From Macrostomum lignano (lineage: Eukaryota): a DNA stretch of 64,000 bases. The stretch covers positions 992,001 through 1,056,000 of the forward strand of contig NIVC01000067.1 in assembly GCA_002269645.1 (NCBI GenBank), given 5' to 3'. Shown here piece after piece: positions 1 to 16,062 of this stretch. Under the pieces are notes generated by a model, which worked only from the letters and a program-made list of their open reading frames with translations, had not been told where the DNA came from and searched no databases. Made by a program: the position numbers and the translations under genes. The first letter of the stretch is position 1. Every line of letters begins with the position of its first letter.

Positions 1-985
1 ACTCTTGGGATTTTGCGCGCCTTGCTTATCCTCTTATAGTCACTTTAAGATTCCTGCAGCCAATTCTTAAACATTTTCCGAGATTAAAAACGCCAAAAAG
101 CAGATTAAGGATTAACAAACATGACTTTATGGGGAGTTTATTTAGTCATAATTAAACTCCAAACTCAAATTTGGCTGACAAATACCTGCCAAGGTTGTCG
201 GATCAGTTTGACGTGCTGACCTCACCTACCGGCTAAGCCAGTGTCGCATGGAGCATGGAGCTGATGAATGTCTCTTCTTTTTTGGGCGCTAGTTCTTATC
301 TAATCAAAGCATTGGCAAACTTGTCTCCTAAATTTAATGTTGGATTCATCCATGGCTGCCGCGCGTTTTAACACCGGATAGTTCTGTCTACGGATTTGAG
401 TGCAGGACGTCTGTTCCTGCATCGCACAGCTTCCTTCACCCCGTTTAGGCGCAACTGCAAAACTCCGATACTATCGGCGATTCCTTTTGGATAATCGGAG
501 CACTTTTTTGGCAGTATCGAACATCGGTATACTTTCGATATAATTTTTCATTTTTTACCGATGAGTCAGATAATGCGTTAAATTAAAAAGTTAACAGATG
601 TTTTGTACGCGGTAAAAAGTTATTATGAAACAAGAAGGCATATTATTAAAATATTGGTAACATTATTACTGCCAGTGTCATTGACTCATTAAGTTATCAT
701 TACAAAACCCTATGTATTTATCAATTATCATATTTCATGCTACAAGCTCTGCAACACTGTATGATTATCGAGAGGTCACGCTTCACACACAACTGCCATG
801 GCGTCGAGGCCGGTAGGCCGGCAGTTGTGTGTGAAGCGTATCTCGATAGTGGAATTGTGTCTATTTTCGACCAAAAACCAATTCAAAACGGCTAGGACAC
901 AACTTCCCAGACGGGAATTGTTCACTAATCGATTCAAGGGATTTGTGTCATAGGCATTTTCCACTTGGCGCAAGCCAAATGAAGG

Positions 986-2771
986 CCATAGACTAAACGT
1001 CTGGAACAAAAAGTTCAGCGGAGCAGCCTGAAATTATCATAGACGAAACATGTTAAATAAAGTTATGGTCTTATAAGCTGGAACCCTGCAGCAGAGGATA
1101 CATGTTTCTGTTTCCTCCGTTTGCCCTAACCTCTATTTATGCCACTCATACGAATGATAAATTGGTCGAATTTGCTGATTGAAAGCATTGACGGCTTGAA
1201 TGGAAATGAGGTCAACTTTCTCAGCGACTTGAGTATGGGTGGACGTGACGAGGCGGATGGCGAAGAGTTGATGGAGTTCATCCGATTCATTGAATGCGGT
1301 AACGATGATGCTCTGCCACCACTGCCAAGCAAAGAAGAGGCTTGCCCCGAGGATTCCATGCAGAACAAACCATGCAATTCGGCCGATGTGTGTAACGTCT
1401 AAAGACATTTCTTATATAAATAAGACATTTCTTATTATTTTTCTTTTCGTACATTTATACAATCTGTTTATTCAGCTTTGTTGTATTGAATAAAAAATAT
1501 CCTCGCAAACGCATTGATACAGGAATATACAGATTGCTCATCTGCAAATGGGTATATCCAAATATAACCCGTTGGGAATATCCAAAGATGGGGACGGCTT
1601 GACCATAGACAATCCGCAGATAAGCAATCTGTTGTATTCCTGTTTCGATGCCTGAAAGGCGCGCAAAAATTTACTTAGTTCACAATTTCCGTCGACGCAA
1701 TCGTTTGTGGCCCAAACGAAACTAGGCACAATGTCAGTCACTGATTGTAGATTGATTCTAAATGTTTTTTATTATCATACGAGAAAATTCTTTGAGTCCT
1801 TGAGCACGAGCATTTGCTTCAACTTGAGAATATTCTCCGAGTGCGAGCAAATCCTCAGCCACTTTAAACCATAGACAAGACGTCTTCCCACTTGATTCCA
1901 TTGACCTTTGCAGGCATCTGAAGCTTATACACCAATTATAGACTGGCTTGTGAGAAGGGAAACAGAAAGAGAAAGAAAAAGCAAGGCATTTCTTACAAGA
2001 ATGGAAACGCAGTGACTTTTACCGGCTGAGTCAGCTTTACTGACTGACACTTTTACTGACTTTTACGAGCTACCTCACTTTTTCTTGAGCAAATCTAGCT
2101 TCGCAATTTAGTTTATGGTGCGGTTTTTATTCATACTAGCAGAAGTAAATGCTCAGACGTTGAGAATATTGAGCAACAGCTCAGGAGCAAGAACTCCTGA
2201 ACGAATGCTCATGAGCTCTTGCTCACTTTATTCATGCAGACCAGAGTCGATGCTTGAGCTTGAGCAACTGCTCACTTTATTCATACGGCCTATTGTCTCT
2301 GCAAAATGCTTATTATCAGTTACTTTTATTCACAAAATCTTTCACTCTGGAGTGCTGGTGTGCAAAAGCGCCCCGCCCCTTTGATTAGCGCCCCCTTGAC
2401 CCACTTGATTCTGACTTTGTCTTCTGTCTTCTGACTTTGCCATAGACATTTTCAGCGGGCCGTGAAACTGACTGAATACATTGGAGTAAGTGGGATTTTA
2501 CCATAGACAGTCTCAGCGGGCCGTGCTACGCGCCTCGGCATTATAGCTCGTTTCTGCCCTCTGCAGCCCATCAACATTGGTATACGGCACCTTCTAGCCA
2601 TTTTGGTTTGGGCCATAGACTACTTTGACTAGGCAAAGCCACGGTCTCCGTGTCAACTTTTGAAAGTCGCGCCAATAGGAAAATTGACTGCAAAAAGCGT
2701 TAATCTACACATATGAAGGTTCAAGCTTGATTCATAGGCTCTTTCTTTACCAGTGAAATGGCTGTCTATGG
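986..2771. mobile_element. Cluster of CCATAGAC/GTCTATGG-bearing non-autonomous elements (putative Crypton derivatives)
   Basis: Motif at 986, 1603, 1869, 2440, 2501, 2613 (CCATAGAC) and 2764 (GTCTATGG). 2440 and 2501 share the downstream TCAGCGGGCCGTG. 2613 and 2764 form an inverted pair with matching outer flanks (GGTTT(G)GG). About 35-bp inverted arms at 1511-1545/1616-1651 surround the 1603 copy. Confidence 0.55.
1139..1402 (+). pseudogene. 5' remnant of a Crypton-type tyrosine recombinase gene (N-terminal acidic leader only)
   Basis: Translation VNFLSDLSMGGRDEADGEELMEFIRFIECG-NDDALPPLP aligns by eye to the N-terminus of the 23064-24629 recombinase (MDFISMLSNSGNDFAADEDLATFIKYIEEGGASDELPLLP). 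No catalytic domain follows. GGCCATAGACT lies upstream at 984-994, as in the intact copy. Confidence 0.7.
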
Positions 2772-3330
2772 CCAAACCTCGCTAAGAAAGGAAGCCTGAG
2801 AACTCGAATGAGGTCAATTAACCAATTCACAGGCCTGAAAACGAGGCCAGTAAACTTTGTTTAAACAAAGCTTTGTCTAAACAAATTCGATAGGTAACAA
2901 ACTCAGTAACGGAAATCGGCGAATCATATTACATTGTCCATTCGGTTAATTGTACATAAGGTAACCCGAAGGTCACTCCGTTAACACCGTCTCACCGTTG
3001 ACCGTCATACTCTTCTTCTTAGCGGGAACACTGATCTTCTCAGACTCGGGATTCAATGTAGGCCCAATGGATGCCACGGGTCCAGGCTCAATGGACTGCG
3101 CCCATCCATACCCCCACTTATGTGGGGCTTCCGATATCAAGGACTACTCAAGTAGAAGGACGGGAAACCTCGTTTCTTGGAAACTTTAGGAGCCAGGTTT
3201 TCCGAAAGAATACACTACGGAGATAGGAAGTTTTCATTTTTCAGCACAAAAATTGTTATTGCTTTCGATGGGAGGCGGATCCAGTGTTCATCTTTTGATA
3301 TGTTGTGCCGTTCTTACAGCTCTATTCATA

Positions 3331-3632
3331 TTCATAAATTTTTTTGTTCAGAAAATTAGGATTCCATGTTAATTATTTATTCTACGTACATTCCCTGTGC
3401 CTAAAAACCATTAAAATGGCACGGCTCGGTTCATTGGTTTTATGTATTTTCTCGTATTTTATCATTCTTAGCTGACTGTGTAACAATATGTGTAACAGAG
3501 ATCATAAAATAGATTCATAAAACCAATGAGCCAAGCTGTGCCATGCATTTTTATGATTTTTAGGTACAGGGAATGTACGTAGAATAGACATTAATATTGA
3601 ATCCTAATTTTCTGAACGAAAATCTCTATGAA
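3331..3632. mobile_element. Foldback/MITE-like hairpin element
   Basis: Imperfect inverted arms of about 115 bp (3331-3445 vs 3516-3632), e.g. TTCTACGTACATTCCCTGT / ACAGGGAATGTACGTAGAA and GTTCAGAAAATTAGGATTC / GAATCCTAATTTTCTGAAC. Confidence 0.75.
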
Positions 3633-4142
3633 CCAAAAGAACAGGCAGAGGTTATATACATAATAGACATAATAATAGACTAACAATAGTGACTAGTGAA
3701 TACTTCAAGTAAATGCTAAATCGACGTTAATCGAATTGGGGCATCGGAATATCGCATTCAACCGATACTTTCATGTATCGCGTCTAACATTGGTTTCTGT
3801 TTCGGAGAATTGAAGCCCAATTGTTTTGTCAATGTGGATATTAAAATTTAACCACATTCAAAGTTCCAAAGCTACGTCTACTGACAATATTTTTTTGCTA
3901 GTAATTATGTTTAACAGTATAAACTCTCAGCTTAGCTAAAGCAGTAGTAAATAGTAGCTATTCTCATAAGAACCAACGCAATCTTAAAGATTCCTCATAA
4001 AAGATGGTTGACATGCGGTTATTTTAAGAAACAATAAATAGTCATGCCCCAGGTCTCATTGCGCCGACCTGCGGAAACCTGATGCGGGCTCGGCGTCGAA
4101 AGTTATTAGGGGGTCCGACTGAGTGCAAATTCAACTGTCCAG

Positions 4143-4148
4143 TTTATT
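4143..4148 (-). promoter_or_regulatory. Polyadenylation signal of the neuropeptide gene
   Basis: TTTATT on plus = AATAAA on minus, about 40 nt downstream of the stop at 4186. Confidence 0.5.
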
Positions 4149-4185
4149 TGTTTAACACGACACATCTGTCATTTCTAATGCTGGT

Positions 4186-5399
4186 TCACGGTAGCGCAGA
4201 TATTGCGTCTCTCTCAGGCGTTGTCAAACTCGACGCCCGCTTGGTCTCCGGAGGTGGTCGTTCCGCAAAAATGGGACGAATCTCCCATTGGGAATAGCCG
4301 GCGTAGTCTGCGGCCGGTTCGCCGCCGTACCGCCGCTTGCCCCAGCCGATGGAACGGTGCGGCCGCTGCCGATGATGAAGCCGCTCGAGATGCTGGGCGA
4401 CGGACCGGATAGTCACCGGAGTGCCTGAAGTTCAGAGACGCTCAGAGGTTGGCCCGTTCGACTCACAGCGCGTTGTGCCTGCCTGCAGTCAAAGTGCCCC
4501 CCCCCCGAGTTCCAATTCGTGCGCAGCTACATTGATTTGGAGCTCGTGCATGAAAACTCTCATTTAAATGAAGACCAATCGACAAGGCACAGAGAGTGAA
4601 ATACGCGGGGGGCTACTGTGCTAGTCCATATACTAAAATACACAGGGGGCTACTGTGCTAGTCCATATACTAAAATACACAGGGGGCTACTGTGCTAGTC
4701 CATATACTAAAATACACAGGGGGCTACTGTGCTAGTCCATATACTAAAATACACAGGGGGCTACTGTGCTAGTCCATATACTAAAATACACAGGGGGCTA
4801 CTGTGCTAGTCCATATACTAAAATACACAGGGGCTACTGTGCTAGTCCATATACTAAAATACACAGGGGGCTACTGTGCTAGTCCATATACTAAAATACA
4901 CAGGGGGCTACTGTGCTAGTCCATATACTAAAATACACAGGGGGCTACTGTGCTAGTCCATATACTAAAATACACAGGGGGCTACTGTGCTAGTCCATAT
5001 ACTAAAATACACAGGGGGCTACTGTACTAGTCCATATACTAAAATACACAGGGGGCTACTGTGCTAGTCCATATACTAAAATACACAGGGGGCTACTGTG
5101 CTAGTCCATATACTAAAATACACAGGGGGCTACTGTGCTAGTCCATATACTAAAATACACAGGGGGCTACTGTGCTAGTCCATATACTAAAATACACAGG
5201 GGGGCTATACAGGCTTGATGATGAAGTAGTCAGGGTGGCTGTACACCCTGTGTGAGCGTGTGCCTGTGTGCTTTTCCATGTGCATGCTCCCTGTGGTAAT
5301 TTTTTTTATTCAACCGAAAGAATACTCACCTTCGCAGTCGGCGGCCAGAGCCAGGACCGCTGCACATGACAGCAGCAGGAGGAGACTGATCTTCGACAT
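4186..5399 (-). CDS. Secreted neuropeptide precursor (GW-amide; possibly GnRH/corazonin-like), 2 coding exons, 102 aa
   Basis: Exon 1, 5399-5330, encodes the signal peptide MSKISLLLLLSCAAVLALAADCE and ends at a GTGAGT donor (phase 1). Acceptor TTCAG at 4425. Exon 2, 4424-4186, continues in frame: GTPVTIRSVAQHLERLHHRQRPHRSIGWGKRRYGGEP...ETKRASS...ALP*. Amidation/cleavage motif G-KRR. AATAAA about 40 nt after the stop. Confidence 0.75.
4599..5206. repeat. 37-bp minisatellite (about 16 near-identical copies) inside the neuropeptide intron
   Basis: Unit GGGGGCTACTGTGCTAGTCCATATACTAAAATACACA; period 37 (CTAGTCC at 4621 and 4658). Confidence 0.97.
5213..5270. mobile_element. Fragment of a dispersed tRNA-derived SINE body
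   Basis: Reverse complement (GCACACAGGCACACGCTCACACAGGGTGTACAGCCACCCTGACTACTTCATCATC) matches segments at about 30800-30870, 51870-51930 and 53920-53980. Confidence 0.6.
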
Positions 5400-6043
5400 C
5401 GTTCCGGTCACTCAGAGAAGCTTTCAGGAGCGGTTACGGACTGTTGAAGGAGGTCGAACACCTTCGATATTTCTGATAAGCTCTGGCGCGAACCGATTAC
5501 GACCCGAGCGAGTTTTATCCCAATTTATCCCCGACACGAGACCGGAAATTGGGATGATGAGGCGCGGCAAGTTGCAGCGGCCCCTGTGCGGGTCCGGGAT
5601 CTGGTTCATCATCCTGGAGTTAACTAACTGGGAGATGAGCGCATCGCTCTCACCTTATCCCCGGCTCCCTGCGCGTCTCAGTCGGGCACGCGAAAAACCT
5701 GGCAGTGTAAAAACAGCTACATAAATTACCTGCTCAGCTCTCACTTTCCGAAACAATTTCTAGCTTAAAGTAATTTTTCATCGGCTAGTAGCGGAGTTTG
5801 CTATTCCGGTTGCCGAGGAGGGGCGTATGTCTCTTTGTTGTCATTAAGGCTGTAATTTGTCAATGTGCTACATGCAGTGTTAACTAATGGAACAGGAGCC
5901 TTTTCAATTTCATGGTGTTGTGCCGGTCTCAGTGTAGCTGTTCACGATCCAGCTCATTAAATTGTTGCAGAAACTCCCATCATTTAGAGTTTCCAACGCG
6001 CAGGACATCAATGGGACATTGACTTGGATTTGTTGACACTATA

Positions 6044-6504
<461 letters not shown>

Positions 6505-7297
6505 TTAAGACACAAAGACACTAAGACATTAAGAACAGACCATGGTCTATCCTATCGTTCTAATCACTAGCTTTTCTCTCAACCCCTCCTTCACTCCCCT
6601 GTTTCCTTAATTAACCACGTGAATACCCTCGTAAAGCAATTAGCCTAGCCGAGCAGCAGGAGTTCTAAAATTAGCATCAGCAGCGCGGGGCAGAAGTTGC
6701 CATTCTTCACAATACTAGCTGATGCTTGATTATTTAAATTTTACCGCCACGTAATTGATTTTAAATCGGTAAGAAAATGGGGTTGCAATCATGTGTTTGG
6801 TTAAATAAATTCAGCAGTTATTATTTAAATTATTCTTATTCCTAAGCACATCTGCAAAACAGAAGGAATTTTGGCTGTTTCTAAAAATGAATTTTACTCT
6901 CTCTCGAGAGAACTTTGTTATCAGAATGCAATGATTACATTTCTGATAGCTAATGACGTAGGCAAGTTCATAGTGCCTTTCTAATTATATTCCACCATAT
7001 ACCTTACTAACTGGGTGGGTCCAGAAGTCCTGGGAGGCTTGGTGGTATTAAACTGTCTGTAGATCAACCTGCATGGCCCACATTTTTATGCTGAATCATT
7101 GAGATTCTGCGCTTTGGTACTTAATTACAGGATTTATTGTTTAGCAGGGGAATTTCAACCGTCTATCTATTAGGTAAGTTATCGATCATTTTTACCTGAG
7201 CTTGTCAATGCTGATCATGCTACTGATTTGAGTTATCACTTACTAAATTCACTGTGCTCAAGGATGTTTCTCATTCTGATACTGAGTACTGAGTACG

Positions 7298-8070
7298 AGC
7301 ATAATGATGATTAGACCCATTTGTGTGATTCTCTATCTGCGTGTGATGATGATTGGATCAATTTGATTAATTCCCTTTTGAGTATGATGATGATTAGACC
7401 CATTTGAGTGATTCTCTATCTGCGTGTGATGATGATTGGATCAATTTGAGAGATTCTCTATCTGAGTATAATGATGATTAGATCAATTTGAGTGACAGAT
7501 CAATTTGAGTGATACTCTATCTGATTGTGATGATGATTAGATCAATTTAAGAGATTCTCTATCGGAGTCTGATAATGATTCAATTTGAGTGATTTTCTGA
7601 GTATGATGATGATTAGATCAATTTGAGTGATTTTCTGAGTATGATGATGGTTAGATCAATTTGAGTGATTTTTTGAGTATGATGATGATTAGATCAATTT
7701 GAGTGATTATCTATCTGAGTATGATGATGATTAGATCAATTTGAGTGATTTTCTGAGTATGATGATGATTGGATCAATTTGAGTGATTTTTTTAGTATGA
7801 TGATGATTAGATCAATTTTTTGAGTGATTATCTATCTGAGTATGATGATGATTAGATCAATTTGAGTGATTTTCTGAGTATGATGATGATTAGATCAATT
7901 TGAGTGATTTTCTGAGTATGATGATGATTAGATCAATTTGAGTGATTTTCTGAGTATGATGATGATTGGATCAATTTGAGTGATTATCTGAGTATGATGA
8001 TGATTGGATCAATTTGAGTGATTCTCTATCTGGGTATGATGATGATTAGATCAATTTGAGTGATTCTCAT
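7298..8070. repeat. About 38-42-bp minisatellite, degenerate at the 5' end
   Basis: Unit GAGTATGATGATGATTAGATCAATTTGAGTGATTTTCT and variants. Confidence 0.95.
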
Positions 8071-11000
8071 TTCCGGTTATCCTGTTGATTATAGATTATT
8101 TTAGGGATTCTATATAGCTCTGGTATCACATTGTCAGCATATTTATGCTAGTAATAATGCTATCCATTGGAGTGCTACTGTGATCATGTGATTACAGTGC
8201 GATGCTCCTGCACAAGGCACCGACAAAGTTGTCTATATTTTGTGGAAAAAGATTTCACCGCATGGTATCCAAGTTGCATTTAATGAAAATGCAACTTGCA
8301 ACTTGCAATGCAAAATTTATTAAAGTACTTTTATATAAAGAAGAAGAACTTTGGCTTGATAATTTGGCCAACTGGTCAAGCTCTTAGCCAGCAGGCAAAT
8401 GAAGAATACACAAGTCTGTTGTTTTTTTCAAAATTAACGACACACTTGCTCTGAACTCTGAACTCAGGCTGAAGTGAGCACTCAGACAGCAACTAGGCTA
8501 TTGGCTGAAGTTGAAATTTTAAAGAAAAAATCTTTTTAAAGAAATAAACTTCGTTTAGAAAGACAGGAAAGATGGTGACGGAATATGGAAAGCGAAGTTC
8601 GGAAAAGGTGGCGTGACGAACTCGAATTGCAGTGGCGCAGCTCAAGTTGGTGGTCGAAAAAAATATTTTCAAAGGCTTTTTTGAGAGTAGCAACGTTCGG
8701 AGGGGTTTAGCGTTTGACGCAAACTTGTTTTCATGACGCAAGATTTAACAAAAATAGCGTTTTCTCGAATGAACTTGCGACTAGCGAAATGACTATTAAT
8801 CCCGACGCCTAATCCTGACCAAAAGCAAGGTGTGCCTCAATTGAGGATCTTTTTCCCTTTTGTGTCGTAGCTGCACCCGCCATCTTCTCAGCCTCGCCAT
8901 TTATCTTAATTTTTTTCCAAGGACAACTTAAGTAGAAGGATGCAACACTCGAAATCTATGGTAAAGGTTTTGAAAGCAACTTTCGCCGAAAAATACACTA
9001 CAGAGATAGGAGGATGTGTTACTAAAGTAGTCCTTGTGTTTTTCCTGTTCTAGTAAGTAAATATATACATAACATGAAGGACAGGGGGGGGGGGCAAACG
9101 CATTTAAAAAATTATGTAGCATGAAAAACTCGTTGCTGTCGAGAATTCGGAGTTCAGCATCACAAACTTAAAACGAACTGACACAGAAAAATTCTATTAT
9201 TTTTGTTGAAATATTTTTTTACAAATGTACAGCAGATGCTTTTATTACGTTTATGAAGTTCAGAATAACAGCTTGAGAGTGCTGTATTTTCAACAAAATT
9301 TTATTGGCTATTGTCTGCAATGCATTTAAACTGCGCGTGTTCAAAGAAAAACAAAGGCTACAGAAAAGTGCAAAAAACAAGTTTGAAAGAAAGTTCATTT
9401 TCAACTTGAGTTGCTTTTTTGCTTGGCCCAAAAGCGAACTTTGCTAGCTGGAGATGGGCTTATACAGAGCCACGTGGGGTAGATATGCTGCACAAGTACA
9501 AGTAATAGCCTACTGCCAGAAGAGAGGTTGAATTCACTTATTCTAGGCTCTTTCAATCTTGCATCTTAATTTTGTTAATATGTTCACCTGACCAGTGCGA
9601 TGCTGGTTTTAAAAATATCATCTGTAAATGACAATTACAATACATGCCGGATTCATTTGTTGGTAGGTAGGCCATCAGAAAACGTTGGAAAAATTAGTCC
9701 TGTACTTATGCAACCCGTACTGCATTTCCAGGAAAGTTATTATTTTCTTACTTCGTTTGCAGAACTCACGGCTTGGCTCAGCTCGATGGGCCAGCTGGAG
9801 TCGCCGCCGACGGCTCAACGCCTCTCGGCATCGGCAAAAAGCGAATTTATGACTGCAGACTCGACCAAAACATCTCTTTTATCAATCATCAAGTGAGCAC
9901 TGTTGCTGTTGCCGTTGCTATTTACTCAGCACATGGACTGCTTCAGAAGATGCACTGTCGGAATCTACGTCACGGATCTTTCTTACCAGCAGCATCCAGC
10001 AGAATTAGTGGGGGACTTCCAACCAACGTGTATGTATGTTACCGCGGTAAGTCCGTGACGTGCTGGTGAGGTAAAGCTCAGATTCTTTAATGTTGCAAGT
10101 GCTGAAGTTGATAAGTTAGGATAAGCAGCACTGAAGTTGGCCTAATATGCAATTTTCCTGTATAAAAAGTTCCTCGAAGGTTCGTTTTTAGACTGGATAG
10201 CTAGCTCGTAAAATAATGATAATTATAGCTAGCTAGAGACCAATATTAACAAAGTCAAATGTCATTCACACGTACTCTGTTACGTTGAAAAGACTACAGC
10301 GTTTCAAATTTCGTCTTATTGTAAGACAAGAGCTCAACCTTTTAATGACACTTTTCCTGCACCCAGCTGCTGCTTGATGCTCATCCTTGAAAGCTGTCTC
10401 AGAATTTTGTTAGTATGCTTGTGCTCTATATTAATTGAATATCCTTTGTATTAGTCAATGTGCAAATTTCAATGACAATATTCTTCATACATGTAATTAG
10501 TTGTTCATTTGGTTGGTTTCTTGTTTCATAGATACCGGTAGGCGTTCTAATTGTGTTTTGATCATTATCTGTGCTGCAAGACAATTGAAAAGTTGTCCAA
10601 ACCAATAATCACACTATTCTTTGGTTCCCAACCCAAAATTAAATTTAGCACAGTCTCGCAAATCTACGAGCTAGCAAAATTTGCTAACGCCTTCGTCGCT
10701 TGCTTCAGATGGATGCTTCAGGTCCGGCACTAGTCGAACAACAGCAACAATGAAGACTTGTTTGTCGTTATACAGGTCGAACATTCATCGTTATGTTACA
10801 TCAACATAAATATACAGGTAGATCATTTTACGTCGTCGTTACGCTTTGGTCAAAGCATGTCGACGCAGCTGCAACAACAAGTCGAAACAGCAATGATAAA
10901 CGAATCCTACATAGCAACGCCAAAATCATTACGGAATAGACTCTCAAACATTTAAATGTCTAGATGGAGTGGTTGCATCCGCAAAAACGATACTCGAACA

Positions 11001-11439
11001 AGAACAACAGGAACAACTAAAGACGCATCCCGGAGGTCCTTAGTTCAGGGTGAAGTGTCAGACGACGCGCTGCGGCGCCAACGAGCGAACGAATTCAGCC
11101 CAGTTGACGGTGTGAAGTGCTCAGAATACAGTCCACATACTGTATAACTCCTGGAGTTGTCTTGAAGAAGTCGAGGCAGTTTCGATCTCGGCCAGTGCAA
11201 TGTGAACTCTCTTGTACAGGGCCTCGGTCCGGACTCTCTCGTCCATTTGGGAAGGCCGCACGGAACAGCCCTAGAGAGCGCCTAGTCAAGCTGTCGCTTC
11301 AGCGTTGCCATCACCTGCCACAGCCAAGCCCCTCTAGGAGTCAGCTTTGGGCTGGCTGCCTAGGCAAGTTGATGTCCTCTTTTACTATAGGCGCCAGGCC
11401 GTTGAAAAATCAACGCGTCAGTTTGGCCTAATACGAGTA

Positions 11440-11830
11440 CAGGGAGTCCCATATGAAGTGCCAGGTTTAAATTTTTTTCTGAAATGAAATTTAATCACAA
11501 GATGGGCACATATCTGTATATACGATTTGATTGTCTGAAGTTTCATCAAAATCGGCTTAAATTCAGTTCAGTTGTACACTTCAGCATGGCCTCCATTTTT
11601 CTCGATAGGCTGCTCTAAGCGCCCGCGACATGCCAGAGAAGTTTTCTTACACATTTCAAGTGTTATCAATTCAAAAGGGTCAGTATAAACCTGTCCTTCA
11701 ATTCTTCAATTGTCCTAGGTCGCGTTGTATACACTTTCGACTTAAATAAATCCCCGCATAAAAATCGCAAGGAGTAAGGTCCGGCGAACATGGCGGCCAG
11801 GGCATGTTTGGTGAACCGCGCCCCACCTGT
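11440..11830 (-). mobile_element. Tc1/mariner (maT/DD37D-like) transposon 3' remnant
   Basis: Frameshifted minus-strand translation WPPCSPDLTPCDF...KSKVYTTRPRTIEELKD...GRLEQ...KNGGHAE matches the Tc1/mariner C-terminal WPxxSPDL motif. The terminus TA|CAGGGAGTCCCA at 11438-11451 resembles the CAGGGTGTCCCA-type TIR. The other end was not found. Confidence 0.85.
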
Positions 11831-12483
11831 CACTGTGGAGTTTTCGCACTCAGCCTTGCAGCAAAACTGAAAGTTTTATTGCAATAAATCCTATAGATAG
11901 GACAAACTGTCGGTAAAGTTTCAATAGAACTTATTGCTGGAGACAAAATAATTCCACTTGGAAATCTGGCACAACGGTTTGGCACCACCTCGACCAGCTG
12001 GTCTATCTGGCATTGAGCGCCTTCAACAGACGAGGGTAGGAGGGCCAAGCGCGGCACTCAGGCCATCCAGTCCAGGAACGGGACATGGCGTCACCAAAGC
12101 GCTCGTATCATGATAGAGTCACGCCAACCGTCATTTTAGAAAGAAAAATGAAGTCTCATCGACGACAAGGCACTTCAGAGCACTTTTCATCTGATAGATC
12201 TTCCAAGCAGAGGCATCTGCAGAAAGGACTCCTTCAAAACCTTTACCCAATCAATGTTTGCATGAGCATGCGTTGGTAGTAATTCAGGACATTTCAAAGC
12301 GCAGCAATTGAACGCAAGCTAAGCTACCTGCCCGGCAATCTCGCTGATATGCGAGTAGACAATACTTACAGCAGATGTCGCATCTGTCGTCCAGAGTTTC
12401 GCATAAAAAGTTTTCTCCAGATCACAGGTCTATCTAGTTATTTTTAACGCTTGTCAAAATTGCATTCATTGACACTCCTTCTT

Positions 12484-12880
12484 AGCCGTGCATCCTCTTT
12501 CAGCCGTGTATCTATCCTCCTTCAGCCGTGCAGCCTCCTCCTTCAACCGCGTATCCATCCTCCTTGATCAGTGTGCATCCTCCTCTTTCAACCGTGTATC
12601 AATGCTCCTTCAGCCGTGTAGCCTCCTCCTTCAGCCGTGTATCAATCCTCCTTTAGCCGTGTATCAATCCTCCTTTAGCCGTGTATCAATCCTCCTTTAG
12701 CCGTGTATCAATCCTCCTTCAGCCGTGTATCAATCCTCCTTTAGCCGTGTATCAATCCTCCTTCAGCTGTGTATCAATCCTCCTTCAGCTGTGTATCAAT
12801 CCTCCTTCAGCCGTGTATCAATCCTCTTTCAGCCGCGTATCAATCCTCCTTCAGCCGTGTATCAATCCTTTTTTAGCCGC
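12484..12880. repeat. 22-bp minisatellite
   Basis: Unit CAGCCGTGTATCAATCCTCCTT. Confidence 0.95.
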
Positions 12881-13353
12881 GCCCCAGCTATCTGTTTCTG
12901 AATGAGCTCCCTTTTTAGCTTCAATTTTTGCGAAGGTTATAAGTCTTGGTCAGTCAAGAAGGTTGCATGACAACTTTTTAAAGAAGAACGGCTAAAATTC
13001 GATAAGTCTAGCTTTTTAATAGTAATAAATCTTTCCAATTTCTGTACAAAAATTAAAAAATTTCTGTACAAAACATAAATAAAGAGGGGAAGTATGCTCG
13101 TGTTGATAATTATTTTGAAAAAAACCCCTATCAGTGGAAGATTCTATCTGCCTGTCTAAAAATAGCAACAATCCAGTCTGTTAAATACCATGCCAACCCC
13201 AACCCCTAAACAGAAGCCGGAATTATATGAGCCACCCTAAGCATTTCGAGATCAAGATTTTGTTTCCAAAAATAACGACAATTCCATTAAGCATCAGCAA
13301 ATCGGAGGCCTTCGGTGCAACCCCCTCCAGCCACCCCTGGCGACCGTCTTGTC

Positions 13354-13361
13354 TATATAAA
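13354..13361 (+). promoter_or_regulatory. Candidate TATA box of the plus-strand unknown gene
   Basis: TATATAAA about 60 nt before a donor-like GAG|GTAAGA (about 13420, putative non-coding exon) and about 180 nt before the ATG at 13538. Confidence 0.4.
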
Positions 13362-13537
13362 CCCGATCAAGCCAGAGCCGTCCGAACCAAAATTAGCATC
13401 GTTTTTCTTTCTACCAGGAGGTAAGAAGCTGTGGTTGGCGGATTGTTTAGCTACCTCGTTTCTTCGCTAAGGCTCATCTTGTTGCTAAAATTAGCACCTG
13501 CGTACATACTTGACCGGCTTTTTCTAACCGAAAAGAG

Positions 13538-16062
<2,525 letters not shown>

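Noticed and set aside
2960-3200. Minus-strand peptide KWGYGWAQSIEPG...PAKKKSM as an endogenous viral capsid fragment
   Set aside because: Short, bounded by stops, and no diagnostic motif I can verify.
9752-9896. Possible plus-strand exon (TTTGCAG...CAA|GTGAGC)
   Set aside because: No frame could be tied to a recognisable protein or to the gene at 13538, which has its own ATG and TATA.
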